DNA of 48,509 bases from Pirellulales bacterium (GCA_035252155.1 DATFDL010000646.1:1-48509); one strand, 5' to 3'; counted from the stretch's first letter, positions 7,454 to 17,639 are shown. Numbers and translations are program-made. The notes: generated from the sequence alone by a model not told the origin.

Positions 7454-8455
7454 ATGCGACGAGAGCCGAACCTGATCAACGTTTACACGGAACTTTTTCA
7501 GCGCCACGGAGACGGCCCGATTCTCACGGCGCAAGATTGGCCCTATCCGGCCCACACGGTGTTCAACGCGGGCGCGTGCCGGACGAGCGACGAGACGGTG
7601 CTACTGGTGCGCGTCGAAGACCGTCGCGGGCACTCGCATCTGACCGTTGCCCGAAGCGACGACGGATTCTCGAACTGGCGAATCGACTCGGCCCCCAGCT
7701 TCGCGCCCGATCCGGAGAACTACTCTGAGGAAGCCTGGGGCGTTGAAGACCCGCGTTTGACTTGGGTTCCCGAGCTCGATGAGTGGGTGATCGCCTACAC
7801 GGCCTACTCGCCCAGCGGCCCGTTGGTGTCGCTGGCCACGACGAAAGACTTCGAGTCGTTTACGCGGCTAGGGCCAATGATGCCGCCTGAAGACAAAGAC
7901 GCCGCGGTGTTTCCGCGCCGGTTCGGCGGCCGTTACGCGATGATCCACCGGCCGGTTTCGACCGGCAGTTCGGGGGCGCATATCTGGCTTTCTTTTTCGC
8001 CCGACTTGCGGCATTGGGGCGATCACCACGTGCTGTTGCATGCGCGGCGCGGCGCCTGGTGGGACGCGAACAAAATCGGCCTCAGTCCTCCGCCGCTGGA
8101 AACGGCCGAGGGATGGTTGCTGATGTATCACGGCGTGCGCTCGACGGCGGGCGGCTGCCTGTATCGGCTGGGTTTGGCGCTGTTGGATCTGGAAGATCCC
8201 TGCCGCGTGTTGCGGCGCAGCGACGATTGGATTTTCGCTCCTGAGACAGGCTACGAGCGCCAGGGCGACGTCAACGGCGTGGTATTTCCGTGCGGTTGGG
8301 TCTTGGATGAACCAACCGGCACGATTCGGATGTATTACGGCTGCGCCGATACGTCGCTGGCGCTGGCCACGGCGCAGGTTTCCGACCTGCTCGATTACCT
8401 GCGCGATTGCCCGGCACCGCCCACGCCCAAGCGCGCCGGGCGGATGTTCGATTAA
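7454..8455 (+). CDS. GH130-family glycosidase/phosphorylase (DUF377, PH1107-related)
   Basis: AAGGA lies upstream of the ATG. Matching patterns include FNAGA...DETVLLVRVED, GVEDPRLT, YTAYS, DKDAAVFPRRFGGRYAMIHRP and MYYG.AD, which fit five-bladed propeller GH130 proteins. Confidence 0.85.
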   Translation: MRREPNLINVYTELFQRHGDGPILTAQDWPYPAHTVFNAGACRTSDETVLLVRVEDRRGHSHLTVARSDDGFSNWRIDSAPSFAPDPENYSEEAWGVEDPRLTWVPELDEWVIAYTAYSPSGPLVSLATTKDFESFTRLGPMMPPEDKDAAVFPRRFGGRYAMIHRPVSTGSSGAHIWLSFSPDLRHWGDHHVLLHARRGAWWDANKIGLSPPPLETAEGWLLMYHGVRSTAGGCLYRLGLALLDLEDPCRVLRRSDDWIFAPETGYERQGDVNGVVFPCGWVLDEPTGTIRMYYGCADTSLALATAQVSDLLDYLRDCPAPPTPKRAGRMFD

Positions 8456-8656
8456 GCTGCCGAAAGCGCCCCGTGGTATTGGCATTTCGACAACTCCAAC
8501 GAATCCCGCGCCATCCTGGGACGTCGAGAAACGCGCCCGCGGCTTCGAAGCGACACGGCCGTACGGAACTCGAGCTCGCCGATGATGGTTGATGAGCAAC
8601 CGGGCCGCGCGAAACGATATCGTCCCATCCACAAACTAAAAAGTTTAGGCTGTGCC

Positions 8657-8684
8657 TTGCTTTGAAACGCGGCTTGCATAGAAT
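8657..8684 (+). promoter_or_regulatory. Sigma-70-like promoter candidate TTGCTT-16 nt-TAGAAT
   Basis: The -35 box is at 8657-8662 and the -10 box at 8679-8684. It has the same boxes and the same ~65-nt distance to the RNA module as the candidate at 2411-2439. Confidence 0.3.
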
Positions 8685-8731
8685 GAAGGCGTCGGTCCCA
8701 TGCAACAGCGTCCTGTTTGGCTATGGGCTTG

Positions 8732-8847
8732 AATCAGATTTGGTCGGATGACTGGTTGAAGAGTAACCCGGCTTCGCCGGAGGGCTAGTTTAAGAGTAAG
8801 CCGGCGCGGTGGAATACCTTTGGGTGCTCCGCCACGTCGGCTTTTTT
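8732..8847 (+). ncRNA. Conserved two-hairpin leader/sRNA-like module ending in an intrinsic terminator (copy 3 of 3)
   Basis: Order of elements: AATCAG..GTCGGATGACTGG, TTGAAGAGTAA, hairpin CCGGC-ttc-GCCGG, GTTTAAGAGTAAGCC. The stem pairs AGCCGGCGCGGTGGA with TCCGCCACGTCGGCT (8799-8842), with two G-U wobbles and one C/A mismatch. T6 follows (8842-8847). Confidence 0.45.
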
Positions 8848-8874
8848 ATTTGGTCGCAGCCAAGGAGGTAGCAC

Positions 8875-9180
8875 GTGCGATTTTTCAATAAGACAACCTT
8901 GGCTGATGTGACGGACGCCAACATCGATGTCTTCTTGATCAATGACGAGAACGAGGTGAGCACGCTGCCGCTTTGCCGAACATTCTTGCTCAGAGGCCGA
9001 CTATGGATCGACTGTGCGCCTGAGTTGGCCCGCAGGTATACGGCGCCCGTGCCCGACGATGTGCTCATTTCACGCAACGAAGATTGCCTGGCGTTGGGTC
9101 GCTTCGGGGTCTTTGTGCCCGGCGGAAGCGAGCTTGGGAATCTAGTGGCTGACCTGGTGGACGTTGGCAAACGCAGATGA
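8875..9180 (+). CDS. Hypothetical protein (101 aa), GTG start
   Basis: A perfect AAGGAGG sits 6 nt upstream of GTG 8875. The 5' part is visibly more AT-rich than its surroundings. I recognise no motif. Confidence 0.55.
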   Translation: MRFFNKTTLADVTDANIDVFLINDENEVSTLPLCRTFLLRGRLWIDCAPELARRYTAPVPDDVLISRNEDCLALGRFGVFVPGGSELGNLVADLVDVGKRR

Positions 9181-9207
9181 AACCTGTTTTTCCCTGGGTA
9201 ACGCGCC

Positions 9208-10377
9208 ATGATTGCGCCGGATTCGGTCTTGTCGATAAACTACGACGACGGGTGCGGGTCGGCCGAACGGGGCCCCGCGGCGGCGCCCGGCACGTTGAAG
9301 TTCGCGCCGGGCGATCGGTTTCTGCCCGAGCTGCGGCGGCGCGTCGAGCAGTATTTCGCCAGCACCGGCCGGCGTCCGCGCGATTGCCCTGCGATGTATC
9401 TGAAGACCGTCTTGGTGTTCGGCTGGCTCGTGGCCTCGTACGTCGGCCTGGTCTGCTGGGCCGCCAGCGCGTGGACGGCGCTGCCGCTGGCGGTTTCGCT
9501 CGGTCTGGCGATGGCGGCCGTCGGCTTCAACGTGCAGCATGACGGCGCACACCAGGCCTTCTCGAACCGTCGTTGGATCAACAAGTTGATGGCCCTGAGC
9601 CTCGATTTGCTGGGCGGCAGCTCGTACGTCTGGGACAAGAAGCACAACGCGGTCCATCATAGTTACACCAACGTCACCGGGCACGACGACGACATCAACA
9701 TCACCTTTTTCGGCCGATTGTCGCCGCACCAGCCGCGCTTGCGTTTTCATCGTCTGCAACACTTCTACCTCTGGGTGTTGTACGGGTTTCTGCCGATCAA
9801 GTGGCAGCTTTACGACGATTTTCGCGACGTGTTGCTGGGGCGGGTCGGCGGACATCGCATGGCGCGGCCCAAGGGCTGGGACCTGCTGATGTTCATCGCC
9901 GGCAAGGCGGCGTTTCTGGGGTTGGCGTTCGGCGTGCCGCTGCTGTGGCACGCGGCCTGGCCTGTGTTGCTGGCCTATCTCGCGGCTTCGTGGACCCAGG
10001 GAGTCGTGCTCAGCACGGTGTTTCAACTGGCGCACTGCGAGGAAAGCGCCTCGTTTCCGCTGCCGCGGTTCGCCGACGGCCGCATGAGCGCGGCCTGGGC
10101 GGTGCATCAGGTGGAGACGACCGTCGACTTCGCCCGCGCCAACAGGCTACTGTCGTGGTTCATCGGGGGCTTGAATTTTCAAATCGAGCATCATCTCTTC
10201 CCGCGCGTATGCCATTTGCATTACTCGGCGCTGGCGCCTATCGTAGAATCGACCTGCCGGCAGTTTGGAGTGCGATATACCGCGCGCGACTCATTTCGGA
10301 CGAGCCTGGCGGCCCATTTCCGCTGGTTGCGGTCGATGGGCATGGCGGGCACCGACCTCACCGTGCGGACTGATTGA
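9208..10377 (+). CDS. Membrane fatty-acid desaturase (front-end/DesD-like type, no cytochrome b5 fusion)
   Basis: It carries three His boxes, HDGAH, HNAVHH and QIEHHLFP. The Gln in the third box is typical of front-end desaturases. Hydrophobic spans flank the boxes. Confidence 0.9.
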   Translation: MIAPDSVLSINYDDGCGSAERGPAAAPGTLKFAPGDRFLPELRRRVEQYFASTGRRPRDCPAMYLKTVLVFGWLVASYVGLVCWAASAWTALPLAVSLGLAMAAVGFNVQHDGAHQAFSNRRWINKLMALSLDLLGGSSYVWDKKHNAVHHSYTNVTGHDDDINITFFGRLSPHQPRLRFHRLQHFYLWVLYGFLPIKWQLYDDFRDVLLGRVGGHRMARPKGWDLLMFIAGKAAFLGLAFGVPLLWHAAWPVLLAYLAASWTQGVVLSTVFQLAHCEESASFPLPRFADGRMSAAWAVHQVETTVDFARANRLLSWFIGGLNFQIEHHLFPRVCHLHYSALAPIVESTCRQFGVRYTARDSFRTSLAAHFRWLRSMGMAGTDLTVRTD

Positions 10378-10493
10378 AGAGCGGCCCGGCTAAGGCGGAT
10401 CACAAACCCTTCCTTGCTTTGGTCGCTGCGGCAGCGGTTCAGATGGCCGATAGGCCAAGATGGTCGTCCCAGCATATGAAACCGAGGTAAAAT

Positions 10494-10709
10494 ATGAGTC
10501 GAGAACTGAACGAAGCAGAACAGGCGCTGGCCGGCCAGTTGTTCAGCCTGGCGGACGTCGTCAGCGCCACGGCGCAAATCGCGATCATGAAGAAACGCGA
10601 CTTCACCACTGCCCAGAATGAGCTGCGCCTTGCCGAGGCCAACTTACAGAAGGCACAAGAAGAAATGGCCGCGTTCATGAGGCTCAGAATCGGCCTGCCG
10701 AAAACGTAA
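10494..10709 (+). CDS. Small hypothetical coiled-coil protein (71 aa)
   Basis: GAGGT lies 7 nt upstream of the ATG. GC3 is high and the sequence is heptad-like (ELRLAEANLQKAQEEMAAF). Confidence 0.45.
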   Translation: MSRELNEAEQALAGQLFSLADVVSATAQIAIMKKRDFTTAQNELRLAEANLQKAQEEMAAFMRLRIGLPKT

Positions 10710-10750
10710 AAGCACCTCGTTCGAGCCCAACGGGAGCACGGCGTCGATTT

Positions 10751-11374
10751 TCAAGAAAACGAAGGATAGCGAGCCTGTATCTCGGGGCTGACCGGGCCCC
10801 AAACCGGATAGGGCAGCCCCGCAGCGCGGTTGATGAAGAAACCCTGAACAAGCAGTAGCGCAACGCCCAGCATCAGCAAGGGAAAATGCCTCGGCTCATG
10901 GATCAAGCCGAGGGCGACGATCAGCGTGGTCGCTCCGGCGGGTGGATGCGGAACGCTCAAGAGCACCATCAGGCCGCTGGTCAGCCCGATCGAAAAAGCG
11001 GCCGCGGCAATCTGCGCCGCGGTCAGCCCTGACTTAATGTCAGCCGAAGCGTCCGTCAATCCAAATAGCACCAGACTTAGCCAGCCCAAGAAGATTGCCA
11101 GCGAATGGCCGACGACCGCGTTACGCGGGCTGGCGGCCCTCGACAACGGACGATGGAATAGCAAAAAAGCGGTCGGTCCCAACGAGGGAAAGACCAAGGG
11201 GCTGTGCATCCAATGGGCCAACAAGGCCAACACCGCCGTGGTCAAGGCTGCGTTGACCAACGCGAACAGCGCTCGTGAGATTCTCCTGCCCCAAGGGCCG
11301 CTCCAGCGATCGGGCCAAAAGCGCGGCAGCGGCTCCTCGCCGCGCCGGATTGAAAAATGCGATTCGTCGGACAT
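10751..11374 (-). CDS. HPP-family integral membrane protein
   Basis: The signature SVPHPPAGATTLI sits within a four- to five-helix membrane protein. Confidence 0.85.
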   Translation of the reverse strand: MSDESHFSIRRGEEPLPRFWPDRWSGPWGRRISRALFALVNAALTTAVLALLAHWMHSPLVFPSLGPTAFLLFHRPLSRAASPRNAVVGHSLAIFLGWLSLVLFGLTDASADIKSGLTAAQIAAAAFSIGLTSGLMVLLSVPHPPAGATTLIVALGLIHEPRHFPLLMLGVALLLVQGFFINRAAGLPYPVWGPVSPEIQARYPSFS

Positions 11375-11437
11375 GCGCAGTTCTTTTTGACAGTATCAAA
11401 TTGACCTAGGAAGACCATCCTACTGACGTCAGTGTGG

Positions 11438-13228
11438 TTATTCATCCCCGAGGAAAAAGCCCACCTGCGTGGGTTGGTTATAGCCGACGTTTTGCCAGGC
11501 GACGCTGAGCCGATAGATCGGGTCGTGCATCAACGTGGGCAGGCGAAGCTGGGTGGGCACGGTCGTGGTGAAGATTCGCAGCTCACGGTTGTCGGCGCTT
11601 CGCCAGATGACCTCTTCGCGCCAGTCGCCCAGAATGTCGGCCACCAGGCAGGGGTTGGCCTTGCTGCCGTTGTTGGCGCTACAGCCGTAGTCGGCGGCGT
11701 TCAACAGCGGCTGGGCGCCGCCGCGCTGGTAATCCCACTTTTCGATCCGCGTGCCGTCAAGCAGCTCGCGCTGCGGGTCGCCGTCCCACCACACCGCCAT
11801 GTTGCACGAACGCGGCCTGGGACCAATTTCCTGGCCGCGGCAATTGAACAACCGATCGAGCCCCGGCCCTGCGCCACAGCACTCACAACCACGATGCCGC
11901 GGGTCGATGTCGGCGGCCAGGCCGCGGCCGACGTCGGCCGAGGGCTGGCCCCAGATCGTCTCTCCGGTCCTTGCATCGCGAAATTCGATACCAAATCCGT
12001 GCCGCGGCCGCTCGTGAATGTCGAAGACTTCCAAGCCCGGCCGGTCGGGATCGAGATCGGCCAGATGCAACGCGTCGCCATGCCCTAATCGCGTCGTGTA
12101 GAGTCCATGTCCGTCGTGGTCGATGGCGCACGCGCCATAGGTGATTTCGTCCTTGCCGTCGCCGTCGACGTCGCCCACACTCAGGTTGTGATTGCCTTGA
12201 CCGGCGTAGTCGCGGTCGCCGGGCGTGCCGCCGTGGCTGTCGAACGTCCAGACATGCGTCAGCCGGCCGTCGCGCCAGTTCCAGGCCGCCAGCACCGTGC
12301 GTGTGTAATAGCCGCGGCACATCACCAGGCTTGGCCGCCGCCCATCGAGAAAGGCCACGCAGGCCAAAAAACGGTCGACGCGGTTGCCGTAGTCATCGCC
12401 CCAATCGGCCACGTTGCCGCGCGGCGGAATGTACGGCGCGGTAGCCAGCGCAGCGCCCGAAAGCCCGTCGAAGACGGTGAAAAACTCGGGACCACTGAGT
12501 ACATAGCCGCGCTCGTTGCGATAATCGGCGTCGGCGTCGCCGATGACCTGACCCTGCCCGTCGACCGTGCCATCGGCAGTCTTGCAGGCCACTTCGGCCC
12601 GGCCGTCGCCGTCGAGATCGAAGACCATGAACTGAGTGTAATGAGCGCCTTCACGGATATTGCGTCCCAGGTTGATCCGCCACAGCCTCCGCCCGGCGAG
12701 CGTGTAAGCCTCTAAGAGTGGCGGCGCGGTGACGCCCGGCTGCGAGTTGTCGCGCCCGCGCGAGGCCTGGTGCAGCACAATCTCATATTTCCCGTCGCCG
12801 TCGAGATCACCCACCGAGGCGTCGTTGGGAGTGTAGCCATCGGGCGTTTCGAGTGGAATCGAGAGCCATGCTCGCTCGGGCGGATGCGCGGGCAATTCGG
12901 CCGCTCGGCTGGCCGGCTGTTCGCGCCCGTCAACCAGCGCCCGCACAAAGTAGCGGTTCGGCTGGGTCAGGTCGGCCTCGCGGTCGACGAAGTGCGTGGC
13001 GCCGGCAATCGGTTTCCGGTTGAGCCGGACCGGTTCCCCTTCGCCGGTGGCGCGATAGAGATGGAATGCAATCGTGTAGGGATCGGCCCCCAACAGCCGC
13101 CAACTTACGAAGACTTCGCCGGGCCGGTGGTGCAGGGCGATCATTCCGCGGTCAAGCAGCTCCATTTGCCGCGGGGCCGCCTGGCCGACGACAACCGCAA
13201 GCATTAGGGCACTGAAAGATGCGTTCAT
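11438..13228 (-). CDS. Rhamnogalacturonan lyase-like protein (PL11, YesW/YesX-like beta-propeller)
   Basis: It has a signal peptide and repeated Ca-binding-like motifs (GDLDGDGKYE, FDLDGDGRAE, GDVDGDGKDE). LEAYTL.G..LWRINLG.NIREGAHYTQFMV matches the PL11 pattern as I remember it. Confidence 0.8.
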   Translation of the reverse strand: MNASFSALMLAVVVGQAAPRQMELLDRGMIALHHRPGEVFVSWRLLGADPYTIAFHLYRATGEGEPVRLNRKPIAGATHFVDREADLTQPNRYFVRALVDGREQPASRAAELPAHPPERAWLSIPLETPDGYTPNDASVGDLDGDGKYEIVLHQASRGRDNSQPGVTAPPLLEAYTLAGRRLWRINLGRNIREGAHYTQFMVFDLDGDGRAEVACKTADGTVDGQGQVIGDADADYRNERGYVLSGPEFFTVFDGLSGAALATAPYIPPRGNVADWGDDYGNRVDRFLACVAFLDGRRPSLVMCRGYYTRTVLAAWNWRDGRLTHVWTFDSHGGTPGDRDYAGQGNHNLSVGDVDGDGKDEITYGACAIDHDGHGLYTTRLGHGDALHLADLDPDRPGLEVFDIHERPRHGFGIEFRDARTGETIWGQPSADVGRGLAADIDPRHRGCECCGAGPGLDRLFNCRGQEIGPRPRSCNMAVWWDGDPQRELLDGTRIEKWDYQRGGAQPLLNAADYGCSANNGSKANPCLVADILGDWREEVIWRSADNRELRIFTTTVPTQLRLPTLMHDPIYRLSVAWQNVGYNQPTQVGFFLGDE

Positions 13229-13312
13229 TCGCCCACCACTTTACCGCGCGGCAGCTTGGATGGTAGGCAGAAGGATCTGTTTCTTGATTCCGCTGAAAAA
13301 AAGGCGTCGCCC

Positions 13313-14799
13313 ATGCCGCGAAAACTTTCGACCAAAATCTCGACCTCCATTCTGGGCGTCTTGGCGCTGGCCTTGTTGAGCAGCGGCGTGGCCTTGATGG
13401 CCGCCTGGCGGCTCGGGCGGGTGATGGTCAAGAGCGTCCGCGAAAATCTCCCGAGCTTGCAGGCCGCCGACGACCTCGAAGTGGCGCTGCTCGAGCAGCG
13501 CGGCTTTGTGTCGTCGTATATTCTCGATCACGGCAACCCCCGCTGGATCGATGAGCTGGCCAAGAGCAAGCCCAAGTTCGACCATTGCTACGCCGCGGCG
13601 CGGCGAACGGCCTTGCGGCCCGATGAATTCCTGATTCTCGATGAGCTGCAAGTCGAGTTTACCCGCTACGACGCCAAGCGCAACGAAGTAATCGCACTTT
13701 TCGATCAGGGCGACGACGAAACCGCCCGCAAGGTTTTGTTGCGCGACGTGCTGCCGCTGCACCGCGAAGCCGATCAGCTCTCGAAGAAATTCCACGCCGC
13801 CAATGTGCGGTTCATCAACGAGATGGCCGATCAGGCCAGCGAACAAATCCGCCACGACACCTGGCTGGTGGGCGCTTGCGTGCTGTTGACGCTAGGGGCC
13901 GGAACCGCGCTGTTTTGGCAGTTTGCCAACGGGGTGCTCAGGCCGTTGCGGCAAATGCTGGCCGAAGCACGTGGCTTCAGCTCCGACTGGCCCGATGGGG
14001 CGGCGACCGAAGAAGACGATCTGCAGGCCGTGGGGGCGCATCTGCGGCTGTTGATGTCGGGCGTGGCCGACGCGCGCACCACGCTCGAACGCAACCGCAT
14101 TGAGCTGCGCAACGCCGAAAAGCTGGCCTCGGTGGGCAAGCTGGCCGCCAGCGTCGCCCACGAAATCCGCAACCCGCTGACCTCGATCAAAATGTGGCTG
14201 TTCTGGATTCGGGGCGAAGTGGTGGCCCGGCCCGAAGTCGACGATGCGTTTGGCGTGGTCGAAGACGAGCTTTCGCGGCTGGAAGCCGTGGTCCGCAATT
14301 TTCTGGAGTTCTCGCGTCCGCCCGAAGCGCGGCTCGCTCCGTGCGACGTGCGGCCATTGCTCGATGCCACGCTGCAGCTTATGGAGCATCGTTTTCAAGA
14401 GCGAAATGTGCAATTGCGCCAACAGGTGGCGCCGGCGTTGCCGCCGATGTTAGCCGACGCCCATCAAATCAAGCAGGTGCTGATCAACCTGCTCGACAAC
14501 GCGCTCGATGCCTGTTCGCCCGGCGGGCAGATTGCCTTGTCGGCGGCAGTCGAGTCGGAGGGGGGTGGAGCGGTGATGGTGGTGATTCGGGTTTGCGATT
14601 CGGGCGGCGGCATTCCACCCGAAGCCGCGGCGCGCATCTTCGAGCCGTTTTTCAGCACCAAAAACCAGGGGACTGGCCTGGGCCTTTGCATCGCGGCTAG
14701 CATTATGGCCAGACACCGCGGGCGGTTGGTGCTGGAGTCGTCGTCGGCATCGGGAACGTGTTTCGCAGTCTGGACGCCCGTCGCCGAACAGGAGCAACG

Positions 14800-14803
<4 letters not shown>
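13313..14803 (+). CDS. Sensor histidine kinase (NtrB/AtoS-like), partner of the downstream sigma-54 activator
   Basis: H-box: ASVAHEIRNPLTSI. N box: LINLLDNALDA. G boxes: DSGGGIPPE and GTGLGLCIA. There is an N-terminal TM helix. ATG 13313 is preferred over the tracked TTG 13256. The stop overlaps the next start (ATGA). Confidence 0.85.
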
Positions 14804-16224
<1,421 letters not shown>

Positions 16225-16251
16225 ACCAGACCTCGCAGGGTGACGAACGCG

Positions 16252-16336
16252 GGCCGAGGGAAGCGAGCCCCACCGGTTTCCGGCAGCAAACGCACGTTGC
16301 GCTCGAGCCAGATGGTGGGGCTCGCTTCGCTCGGCC
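16252..16336. repeat. Inverted pair of the GGTGGGG..CTCGGCC dispersed repeat (23-bp arms, 1 mismatch)
   Basis: GGCCGAGGGAAGCGAGCCCCACC (16252-16274) pairs with GGTGGGGCTCGCTTCGCTCGGCC (16314-16336). Related units occur at 20910-21009, 32174-32205, 34347-34440 and 41082-41125. Confidence 0.7.
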
Positions 16337-16374
16337 CCATGCGCGTCAAGTTAAGCGGGGGACGGCCCTGTTTG

Positions 16375-16461
16375 CTCTGTAGGGAACGCCCTCCGTGGCG
16401 TTCCGGGAACTGCGATTCGACGTCAACTCGTGCCTCACGGAACGCCACCGAGGGCGTTCCC
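16375..16461. repeat. Inverted pair of the GGGAACGCC..GGCGTTCC dispersed palindrome
   Basis: CTCTGTAGGGAACGCCCTCCGTGGCGTTCCG (16375-16405) pairs with CGGAACGCCACCGAGGGCGTTCCC (16438-16461). The same unit occurs at 24395-24421, and a variant at 19092-19115. Confidence 0.7.
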
Positions 16462-16558
16462 GACAGACGTTTTGGAGCAGAATCACCTGAACTTGATGCG
16501 TATGGGGACTCGCTTCGTCGGCCGTCCTACGGGCTTCGAGCGACGGTTTGCGCATTCG

Positions 16559-16975
16559 TCACTCGCTCAAAACTCCCGCGCGTTCGGGCTGGTAGAGCAC
16601 CTGCTCAACTCGCAACCGCGCACGGCCTTGCGGCACCGGCCAGAGGATGACATCGCCGGTGCGATAGCCCAAAATGGCCGTGCCGATCGGCGCCAAGACC
16701 GAGATGCGCTGCCGCATCACGTCGGCGTCTTCAGGAAATACCAGCGTAAAGGTCTCGGTATCGCCCGTGTCGAGATCGCGCAGTTGCACCGTGGAGTTCA
16801 TCGTCACGACATCGGGCGGCACGTTGGATGGGTCGACCCGCCAGGCCCGTTCCAGCTCGCGCTGCAGGTCTTCCAAGTAATGCCGTTCGGCCAAGCCGCC
16901 GTCGGCATGCTCGGCGATGAGCGCGTCCAGCCGCCGCCGGTCGAAGTCGCTGATGACAATCTGTCGGTTGACCAT
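16559..16975 (-). CDS. rnk: Rnk-like GreA/GreB-family factor (regulator of nucleoside diphosphate kinase homologue), paralogue 1
   Basis: Start set at ATG 16975 (MVNRQIVISDFDRRRL) after AAGGA. The motifs DVVTMNSTV, SVLAPIGTAILG and YQPERAG match the E. coli Rnk pattern. Confidence 0.85.
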   Translation of the reverse strand: MVNRQIVISDFDRRRLDALIAEHADGGLAERHYLEDLQRELERAWRVDPSNVPPDVVTMNSTVQLRDLDTGDTETFTLVFPEDADVMRQRISVLAPIGTAILGYRTGDVILWPVPQGRARLRVEQVLYQPERAGVLSE

Positions 16976-17003
16976 TGTTATATTCCTTCGATGTTTTTGG
17001 TTG

Positions 17004-17417
17004 CTAAAGATGAAGAGCGCCGTCGCGTTCGGGCTGAAATATGACCTCGACGATGCGCACGCGGCGTTGTCCGGTCGGCTCCCAGCACGAAATCTCTTGG
17101 CCCACGCGCCGCCCCAACAGCGCGGTGCCCAAGGGCGATGCCACCGAAAGCCCCTCAACACCGTCTTCCAACTCAGCGGGGTAAACCAGTCGGATGGTTT
17201 GGTCGTTGCCCAATTTGAAGTCGTGAATCCGCACGAGCGAATTCATGGTGACGACGTCGTCGGGCACTTGTTCGGCGGTCACCACGTGCGCCTGCTCCAA
17301 TCCCTGTTCCAGCGCGTAATGATAATAGTCGAGGCGTTCGCGGCGTTGTGCTTCTTCGATGGCGCTGCCTAAGCGCCGGCGATCGCTGTCGGTGACAATG
17401 ACATCAGTGTCGTTCAT
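17004..17417 (-). CDS. rnk: Rnk-like GreA/GreB-family factor, paralogue 2
   Basis: Start set at ATG 17417 (MNDTDVIVTDSDRRRL) after AAGGGGG. The motifs are DVVTMNSLV, SVASPLGTALLG and FQPERDG. Confidence 0.85.
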   Translation of the reverse strand: MNDTDVIVTDSDRRRLGSAIEEAQRRERLDYYHYALEQGLEQAHVVTAEQVPDDVVTMNSLVRIHDFKLGNDQTIRLVYPAELEDGVEGLSVASPLGTALLGRRVGQEISCWEPTGQRRVRIVEVIFQPERDGALHL

Positions 17418-17468
17418 AGGTTTTCCCCCTTGGAAGAGATATCGAGTCAAGCGGACACGCGCCTTTCG

Positions 17469-17639
17469 TCAGCGCGGTGAATTGGGCATTGGGCCTTGGG
17501 TGGCGTCGGCGGGCAGCCGCGGAATCTGCGACGGATTGGTCGTATCGACAAAACCAGCCTGGCTGCGCGCGGCCGATTCGCCACGCGCGCCGCAACCGAT
17601 GCCGATGGCCAACAGCGATAAGATCCAAAAACGTTTCAT
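17469..17639 (-). CDS. Mini-lipoprotein (56 aa), absent from the ORF track because it is under 60 aa
   Basis: The ATG at 17639 lies 16 nt after the DUF1559 stop and is preceded by GAGGTG. The sequence is MKRFWILSLLAIGIGC|GARGES..., a signal peptide plus a lipobox-like IGC. Confidence 0.45.
   Translation of the reverse strand: MKRFWILSLLAIGIGCGARGESAARSQAGFVDTTNPSQIPRLPADATQGPMPNSPR

Noticed and set aside
2493-8847. The three hairpin modules as integron attC sites or gene-cassette boundaries
   Set aside because: There are no RYYYAAC/GTTRRRY core sites and no intI or attI. The T-runs and + strand-specific G-U pairs fit RNA terminators better.
8875-9180. AT-richer 101-aa ORF as horizontally acquired or a toxin
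   Set aside because: The only evidence is a local composition dip in the first ~70 nt and the absence of motifs. That is insufficient to claim anything beyond a hypothetical protein.
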